This document shows positions 1 through 8,843 of a stretch of DNA of 64,000 nucleotides, piece after piece (the first letter of the stretch is position 1; the number at the start of each line of letters is the position of its first letter). The stretch spans positions 12,083 through 76,082 of the forward strand of contig CAKZTQ010000032.1 in assembly GCA_937921735.1 (NCBI GenBank), read 5' to 3'. Below the pieces are notes generated by a model. The model saw nothing but the letters and a program-made list of their open reading frames with translations, searched no databases and was not told the DNA's origin. Both the position numbers and the translations under genes were made by a program. The stretch is from an uncultured archaeon. Lineage in GTDB: Archaea; Hadarchaeota; Hadarchaeia; Hadarchaeales; Hadarchaeaceae.

Positions 1-82
1 ACTCCGGCAAGGTGGGGGTGTGGGGCTTCAGCACGTCGAGCACCAGCCTGCGAAGCTTGGCTGAATTCGACTTCCTACCCAC
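1..82 (-). CDS. DUF211-family protein, N-terminal part (runs off window edge)
   Basis: Minus-strand frame from GTG at 82 reads MGRKSNSAKLRRLVLDVLKPHTPTLPE. RRLVLDVLKPH is the typical DUF211 N-terminus. Not in the ORF track. Confidence 0.7.
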   Translation of the reverse strand, partial: MGRKSNSAKLRRLVLDVLKPHTPTLPE

Positions 83-160
83 GGGATCATCGCCTTTTAT
101 ATATTCCGAAACGCTTATTAAGTAGTAGTTGGCCTCGATTTAAAACTTTTGGGCGAAAGG

Positions 161-427
161 ATGCGAAGGTTAGGTAAGGTAGTCCACTTCACCAAGCGCG
201 GCTTGGTGATACGCCTCGAGCGCGAGCCCAAGCTCGGGGAAGCCATATATAATGGGGAGCGCAGGCGGGTGGGCCAGCTGCTGGACATATTCGGGCCCGT
301 GAGCAGCCCCTACGCGCTGGTGAGGCCCGCGCGCGAGATCGCCACCGAAGAGCTGGCCGCGCTGGTGGGCGAGGAGTTGTTCACCTCGGAGGGGAAATCC
401 CATGGAAAGGGTAGAAAAGCAAAATAA
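161..427 (+). CDS. gar1: H/ACA RNP protein Gar1/Naf1
   Basis: LGKVVH...[18 protein letters not shown] motif; conserved gar1-tfb gene order. ATG at 161 preferred over TTG at 149. Confidence 0.85.
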   Translation: MRRLGKVVHFTKRGLVIRLEREPKLGEAIYNGERRRVGQLLDIFGPVSSPYALVRPAREIATEELAALVGEELFTSEGKSHGKGRKAK

Positions 428-1322
428 GTGCCCGGAATGCGGCGGGACGAAGCTCGTGCGCGATTACGAGCGAGCCGAGCTAGTCTGCGCTAGCTGCGGC
501 TTGGTCATCTACGACAAGATCATGGACATGGGACCGGAGTGGAGGGCCTTCGACCAGGAGCAGAGGGATAAGAGGGGTAGGGTAGGCGCGCCCATGACGT
601 ATACCATCCACGACAAGGGGCTCTCGACGATGATCGACTGGCGGGATCGCGATAGCCACGGCAAGGACCTAACGCCCAAGCGGAGGGCGCAGATCTACCG
701 CCTGCGCAAGTGGCAGCGCCGCATCCGCGTCTCCGACGCCACCGAGCGCAACCTCGCTTTCGCACTCTCGGAGCTCGACCGCATGGCCTCGCACCTCGGG
801 CTGCCGCGCAACGTCAGGGAGACGGCCGCGGTGATCTACAGGCGGGCGGTGGAGGAGAGGTTGATCCGAGGGCGGTCGATAGAGGGGGTCGCCGCGGCGG
901 CGCTCTACGCGGCTTGCAGGGAGTGTAAGGTCCCCCGCACGCTCGATGAGATCGCCGAGGTCTCCCGCGTGGGCAAGAAGGAGATCGGGCGCAGCTACCG
1001 CTTCATCACGAGGGAGCTGCTGATGCACCTGCGACCGACGAGCCCAATGGACTACGTCCCCCGCTTCGGCAGCGAGCTCGGGTTGAGCGGGGAGGTGCAG
1101 TCGAAGGCGATAGAGTTGCTGAAGGAGGCGAGCAAGAAGGGGCTGACCTCAGGGCGAGGTCCTACGGGCGTGGCGGCGGCGGCGATATACATCGCGAGCG
1201 TGCTCTGTGGCGAGCGGAGGACTCAGCGCGACGTCGCGGAGGTGGCGCGGGTTACGGAGGTCACAGTGAGGAACCGCTACAAGGAACTTTGCGAGAAGCT
1301 GGGGCTAGATGTTGAGCTTTAG
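402..1322 (+). CDS. tfb: Transcription initiation factor IIB
   Basis: Zn ribbon CPECG...CASCG, B-reader GPEWRAF, two cyclin repeats, [10 protein letters not shown]. Confidence 0.97.
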   Translation: MERVEKQNKCPECGGTKLVRDYERAELVCASCGLVIYDKIMDMGPEWRAFDQEQRDKRGRVGAPMTYTIHDKGLSTMIDWRDRDSHGKDLTPKRRAQIYRLRKWQRRIRVSDATERNLAFALSELDRMASHLGLPRNVRETAAVIYRRAVEERLIRGRSIEGVAAAALYAACRECKVPRTLDEIAEVSRVGKKEIGRSYRFITRELLMHLRPTSPMDYVPRFGSELGLSGEVQSKAIELLKEASKKGLTSGRGPTGVAAAAIYIASVLCGERRTQRDVAEVARVTEVTVRNRYKELCEKLGLDVEL

Positions 1323-1373
1323 GGCCCTTGCGGAAGGCAAAATAGGTCAGCCGCCAGAGATTAATCGAGCACC

Positions 1374-1799
1374 ATGCGAGGAACCTACGCCCTTCTCGTG
1401 CACGTGCCCTACGACCTAGCCATCACCGTGGGCGAGCTGGGCACGCTCAGCTTCAGGGCGGGCTACTACGTTTACGTCGGCTCGGCTCTAGGGGGCCTCG
1501 AAGCCCGCGTGAGGCGCCACCTTAGAGCAGAGAAGGCGCTGCGCTGGCACATCGACTACCTCCTCGCTAGGGCGCGGGCGGTGGACGTGGTGTTCGCTAG
1601 GTCGGACGAGAGGAAGGAGTGCGAGATCGCCGCCGAGTTGTCGAAGCACCTCGAGGGCGTCCGCGGCTTCGGGTCGAGCGATTGCCGTTGCGAGACCCAC
1701 CTCTTTTACGGCCCCGACCTCAACGAGCTGCTTAGGCGGGTGCTCCTGAGCTTCAAGGCGAGCGGGCTGAAGCCGGCCAAGGGTGGTACCTTTGGGTAG
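1374..1799 (+). CDS. DUF123 / GIY-YIG (Uri superfamily) nuclease-like protein
   Basis: GTYAL, GYYVYVGSA, RWHIDYL and GFGSSDCRCETHL motifs. Confidence 0.85.
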   Translation: MRGTYALLVHVPYDLAITVGELGTLSFRAGYYVYVGSALGGLEARVRRHLRAEKALRWHIDYLLARARAVDVVFARSDERKECEIAAELSKHLEGVRGFGSSDCRCETHLFYGPDLNELLRRVLLSFKASGLKPAKGGTFG

Positions 1800-2406
1800 G
1801 CGTTGGCAGCTCGAGCGAAGGCGTGACCACTTCTACCGCATGGCTAAGAGCGAGGGCTACAGGTCGCGGGCTGCCTTCAAGCTCAAGCAGCTTGACGAGC
1901 GCTACCATCTGCTCGCCCCGGGGCAGGTGGTCGTCGACCTCGGCGCGGCGCCCGGCGGCTGGCTTCAGGTGGCCCGCGAGAGGGTGGGCGACGAGGGCTT
2001 CGTGCTCGGCGTCGACCTTCAGGCGATAGCCGGGCTACCCTACGAGAACGTTGTCACGCTCGTCGGGGATATCACCGACGCCTCCACGCAGGAGCTCATA
2101 AGGGCCAAGTTGCCCAGGCCGGCGGACGTCTTGCTCTCCGATGCCTCGCCCGACATCTCCGGCATCTGGGACGTCGACCACGCGAGGTCGATGGAGCTCG
2201 CCAGGGCAGCGCTGGCGATCGCGGACGCCGCGCTGGTGCCAGGTGGGAAGCTGCTGCTCAAGGTCTTTCAGGGCGCGATGTTTGGGGAGCTTCTGTCCGA
2301 GCTCAAGCGGAGGTTCAGCTCGGTCAAGGTGACGAAGCCGGTCGCCTCCCGCAAGCGGAGCGCGGAGGTTTACATCGTCGCCGAGGGCTTCAGGAGATCT
2401 CGATAG
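1783..2406 (+). CDS. rlmE: 23S rRNA Um2552 methyltransferase RlmE/FtsJ
   Basis: GYRSRAAFKL, VVDLGAAPGGW, LSDASP, KP-ASR-S-E. Confidence 0.95.
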   Translation: MVPLGRRWQLERRRDHFYRMAKSEGYRSRAAFKLKQLDERYHLLAPGQVVVDLGAAPGGWLQVARERVGDEGFVLGVDLQAIAGLPYENVVTLVGDITDASTQELIRAKLPRPADVLLSDASPDISGIWDVDHARSMELARAALAIADAALVPGGKLLLKVFQGAMFGELLSELKRRFSSVKVTKPVASRKRSAEVYIVAEGFRRSR

Positions 2407-2776
2407 CCTGTCCGCGCACCTTGGGCAGGGTCACCTTGAGCACGCCGTTCTCCTGTCTCGCCGAGACTTGCTCGGCCCTGACCGCGCAGGGTAGGGGTAT
2501 CACCCTGTAGAAGCGGTCGACCCGCTCCCTGACTATGGCTTCCTTCGGGGTTTCCCTCCTCGCCTCTAGCTCCAGCGAGTCGCTGAAGGCCCTGAGCCTC
2601 ACGTCCTCCCTCCTCACGCCAGGCAGGTCCACGTAAACCTCTAGGCTCTCGCCCTCGTCGCAGATGTCCACGCTCGGCTCGAAGGGGAACTCGAACGGGA
2701 TGCGCCACGGCCAAGGTCCCCGCGGTATGAGCGGAGGGCGCGGGTAGCCTAGCCCCCAAGTTCTCTCATAAGCCAC
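2390..2776 (-). CDS. Small heat-shock protein (Hsp20/alpha-crystallin)
   Basis: VDLPGV, FYRVIPLP, ENGVLKVTLPK. GTG at 2776 after a GGTGG SD chosen as start. Confidence 0.9.
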   Translation of the reverse strand: MAYERTWGLGYPRPPLIPRGPWPWRIPFEFPFEPSVDICDEGESLEVYVDLPGVRREDVRLRAFSDSLELEARRETPKEAIVRERVDRFYRVIPLPCAVRAEQVSARQENGVLKVTLPKVRGQAIEIS

Positions 2777-2816
2777 ATTGACCACCAATTTTAGAATTGG
2801 CACGGGAAAAGAAAAA

Positions 2817-3995
2817 TTACCTCGACGGAGAAACCTCCTTCAAAAAGCTGAGCACTTCATCCAGCGGGGCGTCGGTCCTTAGCCCGATCGGAGAGAAGTG
2901 AGTGCGCGAGGCGAAGTACCCCTTTGCCTTAAGCCCCTCGAGGAGCCTAGCGAGCTTGGGCGGTGATGCCCCGGCCCTCCTGGCTAGCTCGTGGACGTCG
3001 TAGAAGGTTTGGGGCCCCTCCCCCTCCTCGGCCAACCTGTTCAAGAGCTCGAGGGCGCTCCCGCCGAGCCTGAAGTGGCGCGAGGCCAGGTCCGCGGCCA
3101 CGCGTTCGACGAACCCCTTATCGACCAGGCGTCCTAGCCACAAGGGTCCGGCGTGCGCAAGCCGTTCGCCGCATTCGCAGAAGCTGGGCAGCTCCGCGGC
3201 GATGCCCTTGGTCACCGTCCTCCGTCCGCAGGAGAAGCAGTGGGAGATGTAGCCCTGCTGGGCCATGACCTCGTCCACCCTCTTGGCGCCCGCCGAGGCT
3301 CGAAGGTAGATCCTGAAGTAGTGCATGGTGCTATGGGCCAAAAGCGGGGTCAACGCTAGCTCGTGCTTACCGCCCATCCGCTGGCAGAAGCCGATCAGGA
3401 TCCTGACGCCTAGCTCGTGGCAGTACTCGGTCCTCATCGAGCGTGCCCCGTACCTCCGCAGGCAGGCCTTGGGGTGGGTGCCGCAGAGAGGGGCGGTGTC
3501 GGTTGCGGTTAACATCACCACGCCCCCGCGGGCGATGGCGCTGCAGGCAGCGTCGACGAACGGCGCGGGCGAACCGAAGGGGTCGAGGTCCACGACGTGG
3601 AACTTGGGCTTGAAGCTCCAGAGGAGGGCATTCGCGTCCTCGTTCCTGATCTCCACGAGGTCGGCGAGGTCATTGAGCGCGACGTTCCTGCGGATGAACT
3701 CGAGGGCGTCGGGCGAGCGATCGTTGACCACGACCTTGGAGATGCCCTTCACCTCCCTCGCGTAGCGCAGCCCTCGCGCCCCCACGCCGGCGAGCGGGTC
3801 GCATATGCGGAGGGCCCCGAGCTCGTTAGCGAGAACCTGAACCACGGAGACGGAGATATCGCGGCACAGCTCCATCAAGGGGTTGTAGAACACTCGCGTG
3901 AGGGAGGGGGCATAGTCGCCCGCCGGCGTGCGGAATCGCTCGAGCTCCGGGACCTCGAGCCTTGTGGTGCCTTCCGTTATGAGTTGCGAGGTCAT
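2817..3995 (-). CDS. trm1: tRNA (guanine-26,N2)-dimethyltransferase
   Basis: VFYNP, G-RGLRY, DLDPFGSP, TATD, HE-GVRIL, GPLWLG. Start at MTSQLITEG. Confidence 0.95.
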   Translation of the reverse strand: MTSQLITEGTTRLEVPELERFRTPAGDYAPSLTRVFYNPLMELCRDISVSVVQVLANELGALRICDPLAGVGARGLRYAREVKGISKVVVNDRSPDALEFIRRNVALNDLADLVEIRNEDANALLWSFKPKFHVVDLDPFGSPAPFVDAACSAIARGGVVMLTATDTAPLCGTHPKACLRRYGARSMRTEYCHELGVRILIGFCQRMGGKHELALTPLLAHSTMHYFRIYLRASAGAKRVDEVMAQQGYISHCFSCGRRTVTKGIAAELPSFCECGERLAHAGPLWLGRLVDKGFVERVAADLASRHFRLGGSALELLNRLAEEGEGPQTFYDVHELARRAGASPPKLARLLEGLKAKGYFASRTHFSPIGLRTDAPLDEVLSFLKEVSPSR

Positions 3996-4131
3996 GTTCT
4001 CAAGATTTGTACGTTCGCGCAAGTCTAATTCCTTACGCCGCGGCCTTCGGTCTGCATCCATCCGCCGACTTAATCGAAAGAAAATCGTGAAAAGGGAAAC
4101 CTTAGATAACGAAAGCAAATTATGAGCAAAA

Positions 4132-4377
4132 TTACGAGATTTCTACCTTGCTCCCCACCGCCCAGCCGGGAAGCCCCACCCGGAAGCGGGCGCGATAGCC
4201 TCGGCTGCCGTGGGTGTCCACGATTTCGCCTAGGACCCGGCTGCCCGAGTGCGGGTTGTGCCAAATGACCTTCCTGCCCACGAGCGTCCCTTTAACTTCC
4301 CCCAGAGGCCTGATGATGACCTCTCGCCCGTAGCGCGTCCTGGGCCCGCCTCGAAAGTTCACGATCACCGCTTCCAT
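4132..4377 (-). CDS. rpl35ae: 50S ribosomal protein L35Ae (eL33)
   Basis: IVNFRGG...LVGRKVIW...G-IVDTHG...RARFRVGLPGWAVG; adjacent to trm1. Confidence 0.85.
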   Translation of the reverse strand: MEAVIVNFRGGPRTRYGREVIIRPLGEVKGTLVGRKVIWHNPHSGSRVLGEIVDTHGSRGYRARFRVGLPGWAVGSKVEIS

Positions 4378-4913
4378 CGCAACACCTCCTCCACCATCCT
4401 CGCGAGCTCCTCGGGCAACCTCCCCCTGTTGCTCGGCGTGACCTCGAAGATCCTGACGTCCCGCCTGGACTTGACCTCACCTATGAAGCCGGTGGTCGTG
4501 CGCTGGTGTATCACCGCAAGCAGGGGCTTGGACGAGTTGAGCGCCGCGAGCACCGCGCGCTTGAAGCCCTCGCTGTGGACCTCCATCGGGGCGATCTCGT
4601 CTATCACCACGAAGTCCGCCCCCTCCAGCGCCCGCGCGATTGAGGCCTCGCTCATGGTGTCGACGTTTGGAACGTTTACGCGGTACTTGCTGACCAAGGG
4701 GCCAACCGGCTGGTCCACGTGCGCCAGGATTCGCTCCTCGCCCGTCATGAGGTCCACCATCTTGAAGCCCACGCGCACGCCTCGCTCGCGGATCTCTGGG
4801 CAGTAGAGCCCTCCAGGCTTGTAACCTCGTGACCGCAGCAGCGCCACCGCCCCCTCTATGACCGAGGTCTTTCCGCTTCCTGGGCGCCCGGTGACGAGGA
4901 AGTTGTTGGGCAT
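4365..4913 (-). CDS. THEP1-like nucleoside triphosphatase
   Basis: Walker A GRPGSGKT, EIRERGVRVGF, VIDEIAPME. Confidence 0.92.
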   Translation of the reverse strand: MPNNFLVTGRPGSGKTSVIEGAVALLRSRGYKPGGLYCPEIRERGVRVGFKMVDLMTGEERILAHVDQPVGPLVSKYRVNVPNVDTMSEASIARALEGADFVVIDEIAPMEVHSEGFKRAVLAALNSSKPLLAVIHQRTTTGFIGEVKSRRDVRIFEVTPSNRGRLPEELARMVEEVLRWKR

Positions 4914-4972
4914 CCTCCCGACCCAAAGGTTTGAAATCCACCGGCGAACAATTCTGTACGAGTTTGATAATA

Positions 4973-5704
4973 ATGTTGACGGACGTGCGGTTGAGCAAGC
5001 AGCGGCTGAGGGAGCGCATCTGGGGGGAGCTGGAGGCCAAGGGCGTCGTCTCGTTTCCCAAGCCGGCCCACGGGCGCATCCCGAACTTCGTTGGAAGCGA
5101 CATAGCGGCCGAAAGGCTTCGCTCGCTCCCCGCTTATCTGTCGGCGGACGTCGTCATGGCAAACCCGGATGCCGCCCAGCTGGCCGTCAGGAGGCTAGCG
5201 CTGGCGGACGGCAAGAGGTTGCTGATGGCATCCCCCCGCCTTCGAAAGGGCTTCATCCTCCTCGACCCGAGAGGCATCCGAGACGTAAGGCGGGCGGCCA
5301 CGATTCGGGGCGCATTCAAATACGGGCGCACCGTCGACCTGAGGAAGATAAAGGTGGACCTCGTAGTCGAGGGCTCGGTGGCGGTGGACTTAAGGGGCGG
5401 GCGTTTGGGCAAGGGAGGAGGGTTCGGCGACCTGGAGGTGGCGATCCTCATGGAGGCCGGTGCGATGGACGATGCCACTCCCGTGGTGACAACGGTGCAC
5501 GAGCTGCAGGTCGTCGAGAGCGTGCCGATGGCTGAGCACGACGTACCCGTCGACTTCATCCTGACGCCCGAGAGGACGATCGAGGTCACGCACGGCCATC
5601 GAAGGCCTCGCGGCATAGTATGGCGGCTACTTCCGACCGACGTATTTAAGCGGATGCCGATACTCGCTGAACTGAGGCGAGAGGTTGATAGCCGGCGTGG
5701 ATGA
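4973..5704 (+). CDS. 5-formyltetrahydrofolate cyclo-ligase family protein (COG0212/MTHFSD-like)
   Basis: RIPNFVG, NPD-Q, GSVAVD-RLGKGGGFGDLE, HDVPVD. Confidence 0.88.
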   Translation: MLTDVRLSKQRLRERIWGELEAKGVVSFPKPAHGRIPNFVGSDIAAERLRSLPAYLSADVVMANPDAAQLAVRRLALADGKRLLMASPRLRKGFILLDPRGIRDVRRAATIRGAFKYGRTVDLRKIKVDLVVEGSVAVDLRGGRLGKGGGFGDLEVAILMEAGAMDDATPVVTTVHELQVVESVPMAEHDVPVDFILTPERTIEVTHGHRRPRGIVWRLLPTDVFKRMPILAELRREVDSRRG

Positions 5705-6332
5705 GGCGGGTAGGGGTCCCGTCCTCGGCCCCCTGGTGCTCTGCGGGGTCATGTTCGACGAAGGGGCGCTGGAGGAGCTGAGGTCCGCGGGGGTCAGGGA
5801 TTCGAAGCTCCTAAGCCCGAGGAGGCGAGAGGCCCTGGCCAAGTTCATCGTGGGCAGGGCTAAAGGGGTCGAGGTGATCGAGCTCTCGCCGGAGGAGATA
5901 GACGAATTCAGGCTGGTCAAAAAGGTCAACCTCAACGAGGTCGAGGCGTTGAACGTCGCCAAGATCATAGATCACCTTCGGCCGAGGGTGGCGTTCGTAG
6001 ACTCCGCCGACCCTGACCCGGCGATGTTCGAGGCTAGGATCAGGCGGTACCTCAGGAGCAAGCCCAAGCTGGTGGTCGAGAGCTATGCCGACCGCAGGTA
6101 CATCGCCGTCTCGGCGGCGTCCATCGTCGCCAAGGTCAGGAGGGACGCCAGGATGGCCGAGCTCCGTCGAAGGTACGGGGACCTCGGCAGCGGGTACAGC
6201 TCGGACCCGCGGACCATCGCCTTCCTCGAGCGATGGGTTCGGGAGCGAGGCAAGCTGCCGGAGTTCGCTCGCCGCTCCTGGGAGACCGCGAGGCGCATCG
6301 AGGAGCAGCTGAGGCAGCGGAGGTTGGTTTGA
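5685..6332 (+). CDS. rnhB: Ribonuclease HII
   Basis: GVDEAGRGPVLGP, DSKLL, VSAASIVAKV, GSGY; C-terminal PIP-box-like QRRL. Confidence 0.96.
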   Translation: MIAGVDEAGRGPVLGPLVLCGVMFDEGALEELRSAGVRDSKLLSPRRREALAKFIVGRAKGVEVIELSPEEIDEFRLVKKVNLNEVEALNVAKIIDHLRPRVAFVDSADPDPAMFEARIRRYLRSKPKLVVESYADRRYIAVSAASIVAKVRRDARMAELRRRYGDLGSGYSSDPRTIAFLERWVRERGKLPEFARRSWETARRIEEQLRQRRLV

Positions 6333-6410
6333 GCCCATCCGTTCGATCAGCTCGAAGACGCCTAAAGAGCACAGGCTAACCTGTACCCGAGACCAAAAGG
6401 GTTTTTAACG

Positions 6411-6694
6411 AATGGCCCGCCGTGTTCCCCAAGACACTAACCCCCGGGTTCACCGGCCGAGCGAACGCTCCCTCGCCCGGGTAACCCTCGTGATGGGGTC
6501 TTCGGCGGGCCGCCCACCTGTGCCGCACCAGGGTTGGCTTCAGGGTCATGGCTTTAGGTGCTCCACCACTCGCTCCCCGAAGGACCCAATTTGGCGCGTT
6601 GTCGGTGGGCCAGCTCAGGTGTTCCCGCGGTGATGCACCGGTGTTCACGAATCGCACCAGCTCTCGATTCCCGCGGGTGATATCCCTTCATCGC
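6411..6694 (-). ncRNA. Multi-hairpin box H/ACA-like guide RNA with C/D-type (K-turn/K-loop) motifs
   Basis: Three closed helices: CCCGCGG/CCGCGGG followed by ACA, GCCCACC/GGUGGGC and GGCCCGCCG/CGGCGGGCC. Also GA/UGA K-motifs, UUCG loops, and a TATA box CTTTATAG (6718-6725) about 25 nt upstream. Confidence 0.7.
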
Positions 6695-6783
6695 AGTTAA
6701 AAATTGGCTTCCCGCGGCTATAAAGCTTGGCCCACGTAAAGAGCAAACGAGGCATCGTGGAACACCAACTCTTTTGGCTGGCT

Positions 6784-7191
6784 CTAGCGCGCCTCGAAGA
6801 GGTAGAAGGCCGCCCCCCGGTGGTTCACGAGCTTCCCTCCGGGCAGCACGCTCTCCGCCGCCAGGGGCTTCACGATCAGGTCGGCGCCCACCTTGCGGGC
6901 CAGCTTCAGCAGGTAAGGCTGCAGCTCGGGCGGCGGCCGCATCGCGTATATCAGGGCGGCGTTCTCGTAGATTCGAAGCCTTGGGTTGGTGACGTCGTCG
7001 CGCTCGAACCTCACACCCGGCGGCAGGGGCGGCGGAGGGGAGATGTCGGTGGCTACTATCTCGCAACCGGACAAGCGTCTGCTCAGCTCGATGGCGGTAG
7101 CGGGAAGCGCACCCACGCCCACCTCGACGATCTTCCTCGCGTGGGGATAGCGGGCAGCGATGTAATCCGCGATCGCCTCGAACTCACGCAA
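6784..7191 (-). CDS. UPF0146 family protein
   Basis: KIVEVGVG, DDVTNP, LIYAMRPPPELQ. Confidence 0.85.
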   Translation of the reverse strand: MREFEAIADYIAARYPHARKIVEVGVGALPATAIELSRRLSGCEIVATDISPPPPLPPGVRFERDDVTNPRLRIYENAALIYAMRPPPELQPYLLKLARKVGADLIVKPLAAESVLPGGKLVNHRGAAFYLFEAR

Positions 7192-7196
7192 GGGGA

Positions 7197-8840
7197 TCAG
7201 CCCGCTTGCAGGTCGAGCTCGAGGGCGGCGACGGGGTGCTCCAACTCGAAGTTCAGGATGACCTCGGGGTGGAGCTCGCCGATGATGCCCAAGCGCTTCC
7301 CCTCGGAGACGACCTCGGCCGCCCTCCCCTCGAGGAAGCTCGGGTGCTCAAGGGGTTTGACCTCGTAGCTCACGTTCAGCTCCCTCAGCACCGCTTCAGC
7401 CACCGCCTTGATGTAGGTGAAGTTGCCGACGTCGCCCACGGCGGCGGCGGCGACCCTGCGCACATCCCTAGCCCCGGTCTCAGCGCCCTCGTCGAGCAGC
7501 ACCACATCCCCCACCTCGAAGATGCGCTGGGGAAGCGGGTGGAGCTTGTTCTCCCTGAACACCGACATCAAGCAAGGGATGAGCCAGGTTCGAAGGATGG
7601 TGTACTCCTCCGAGATGGGGTTGGCGATGGTGGCGGCCTCGCCCTCCGCCCTCATGAGCTCGAAATTCGTGCGGGGGTTGGTGAGCGTGAAGGTCATCAC
7701 CTCTAGGAAGCCCAAGCCCGTGAGCACCTTCCTCACCCTCGCGCTCAGCGCCTCCAGCGGGTGCCTCTCGCCGACGGTCGCCACCTTGGGCAAGGTCGGC
7801 TTCAGCCTGTCGTAGCCATATCCCACCGCGAGCTCCTCGATGAGGTCCACCTCGTGCAGGATGTCGGTTCGATAGGGGGGAACGAGCAGGCTTAAGCTGT
7901 CTCCCCGCGCTCCGACGACCCCAAACCTCATCCTGCGCATTATCTCGGCGGCCTCCCTGACCCTCAACTTCAGCCCCAACATCTCATTCGCCGCGCGCAC
8001 GTTCAGGCGCTTGCGCCTTGGCTTGAGGTCTGGGACGCGGAGGCTTCGGCCGGGGTACTTGACCGAGATCGAGCCTAGCTTGAACCCACGCTCCGCTAGG
8101 CCGGTCATCAGGATCACCAGCGCTTGGTTCACCGCCCTCTCGTGGGTACCGGTGACGTCGACGAACAGCCGTCGCGTCCCCGCCGTCACCCTCGTGAGCT
8201 CCCCGTTGATGATGGGGGGCATCGAAAGGACGTTTCCCTTGGCATCGACTATTAGCGGATAGCGGTCGAAGCCCTGGAGGAGGTGGGCGTACCTCACCCC
8301 TTTGGGGTGTTCCCCGAGGATCTCCGCGGGGGTGAGCTCACGATCCATGTCCAGGGGCACGAACCTCACCCCCTCGGGCGAGACGGTGGTGTAACGGAAG
8401 GGCGGTCTAACCCTGTCCAGGTCGTGGATTCCTATCGCTACCCTCCTCCTGTCCCTACCCAAGGTTTCGTGGAGCTTGTCCTGCACCTGCATAAGCTGGG
8501 CCACGGAAGCATCGGTCAATTTCACGTCCTCGACTATGCCGCCGGCGAAGTAAGGCCTCACCCCCCTCGTACTTCGGTCGACCCGCACGACCACGCCCGA
8601 GTTCTTCAGCCCGTAGTTCGGTAGGCCAACCTCGATGCCCAAAAAGCCCCTCAGCGCCCTGGCCACCCCTTCCACGCTCAGCAGGTCCGGGCGGTTATGG
8701 GCCACCTCGAGCTTAAGCTCCCCTCCCGCTGCTTCAGCTTCGATGCCCATCATCATCAGGCTCCTCTTCAGAGACCCCCACCTCACCCGTCTGCCGAGGA
8801 GCTCGCAGAGATCTCGGTACTTGACGGAGATCGTCGGCAT
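7197..8840 (-). CDS. pheT: Phenylalanyl-tRNA synthetase beta subunit
   Basis: NRPDLLSVEG, Q-KLH, SMPPIING, RTDILHEVDLIEE, GELHP. Confidence 0.97.
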   Translation of the reverse strand: MPTISVKYRDLCELLGRRVRWGSLKRSLMMMGIEAEAAGGELKLEVAHNRPDLLSVEGVARALRGFLGIEVGLPNYGLKNSGVVVRVDRSTRGVRPYFAGGIVEDVKLTDASVAQLMQVQDKLHETLGRDRRRVAIGIHDLDRVRPPFRYTTVSPEGVRFVPLDMDRELTPAEILGEHPKGVRYAHLLQGFDRYPLIVDAKGNVLSMPPIINGELTRVTAGTRRLFVDVTGTHERAVNQALVILMTGLAERGFKLGSISVKYPGRSLRVPDLKPRRKRLNVRAANEMLGLKLRVREAAEIMRRMRFGVVGARGDSLSLLVPPYRTDILHEVDLIEELAVGYGYDRLKPTLPKVATVGERHPLEALSARVRKVLTGLGFLEVMTFTLTNPRTNFELMRAEGEAATIANPISEEYTILRTWLIPCLMSVFRENKLHPLPQRIFEVGDVVLLDEGAETGARDVRRVAAAAVGDVGNFTYIKAVAEAVLRELNVSYEVKPLEHPSFLEGRAAEVVSEGKRLGIIGELHPEVILNFELEHPVAALELDLQAG

Positions 8841-8843
8841 CCT

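Noticed and set aside
3996-4131. Intergenic segment with a short AAGTC/GACTT inverted repeat between rpl35ae and trm1
   Set aside because: No convincing C/D or ACA boxes, and pairing is too weak to call.
6376-6657. 93-aa minus and 73-aa plus ORFs; region also considered as RNase P RNA given its position after rnhB
   Set aside because: The ORFs have no protein-like motifs and overlie a structured RNA. The RNase P CR-I and CR-V motifs are absent.
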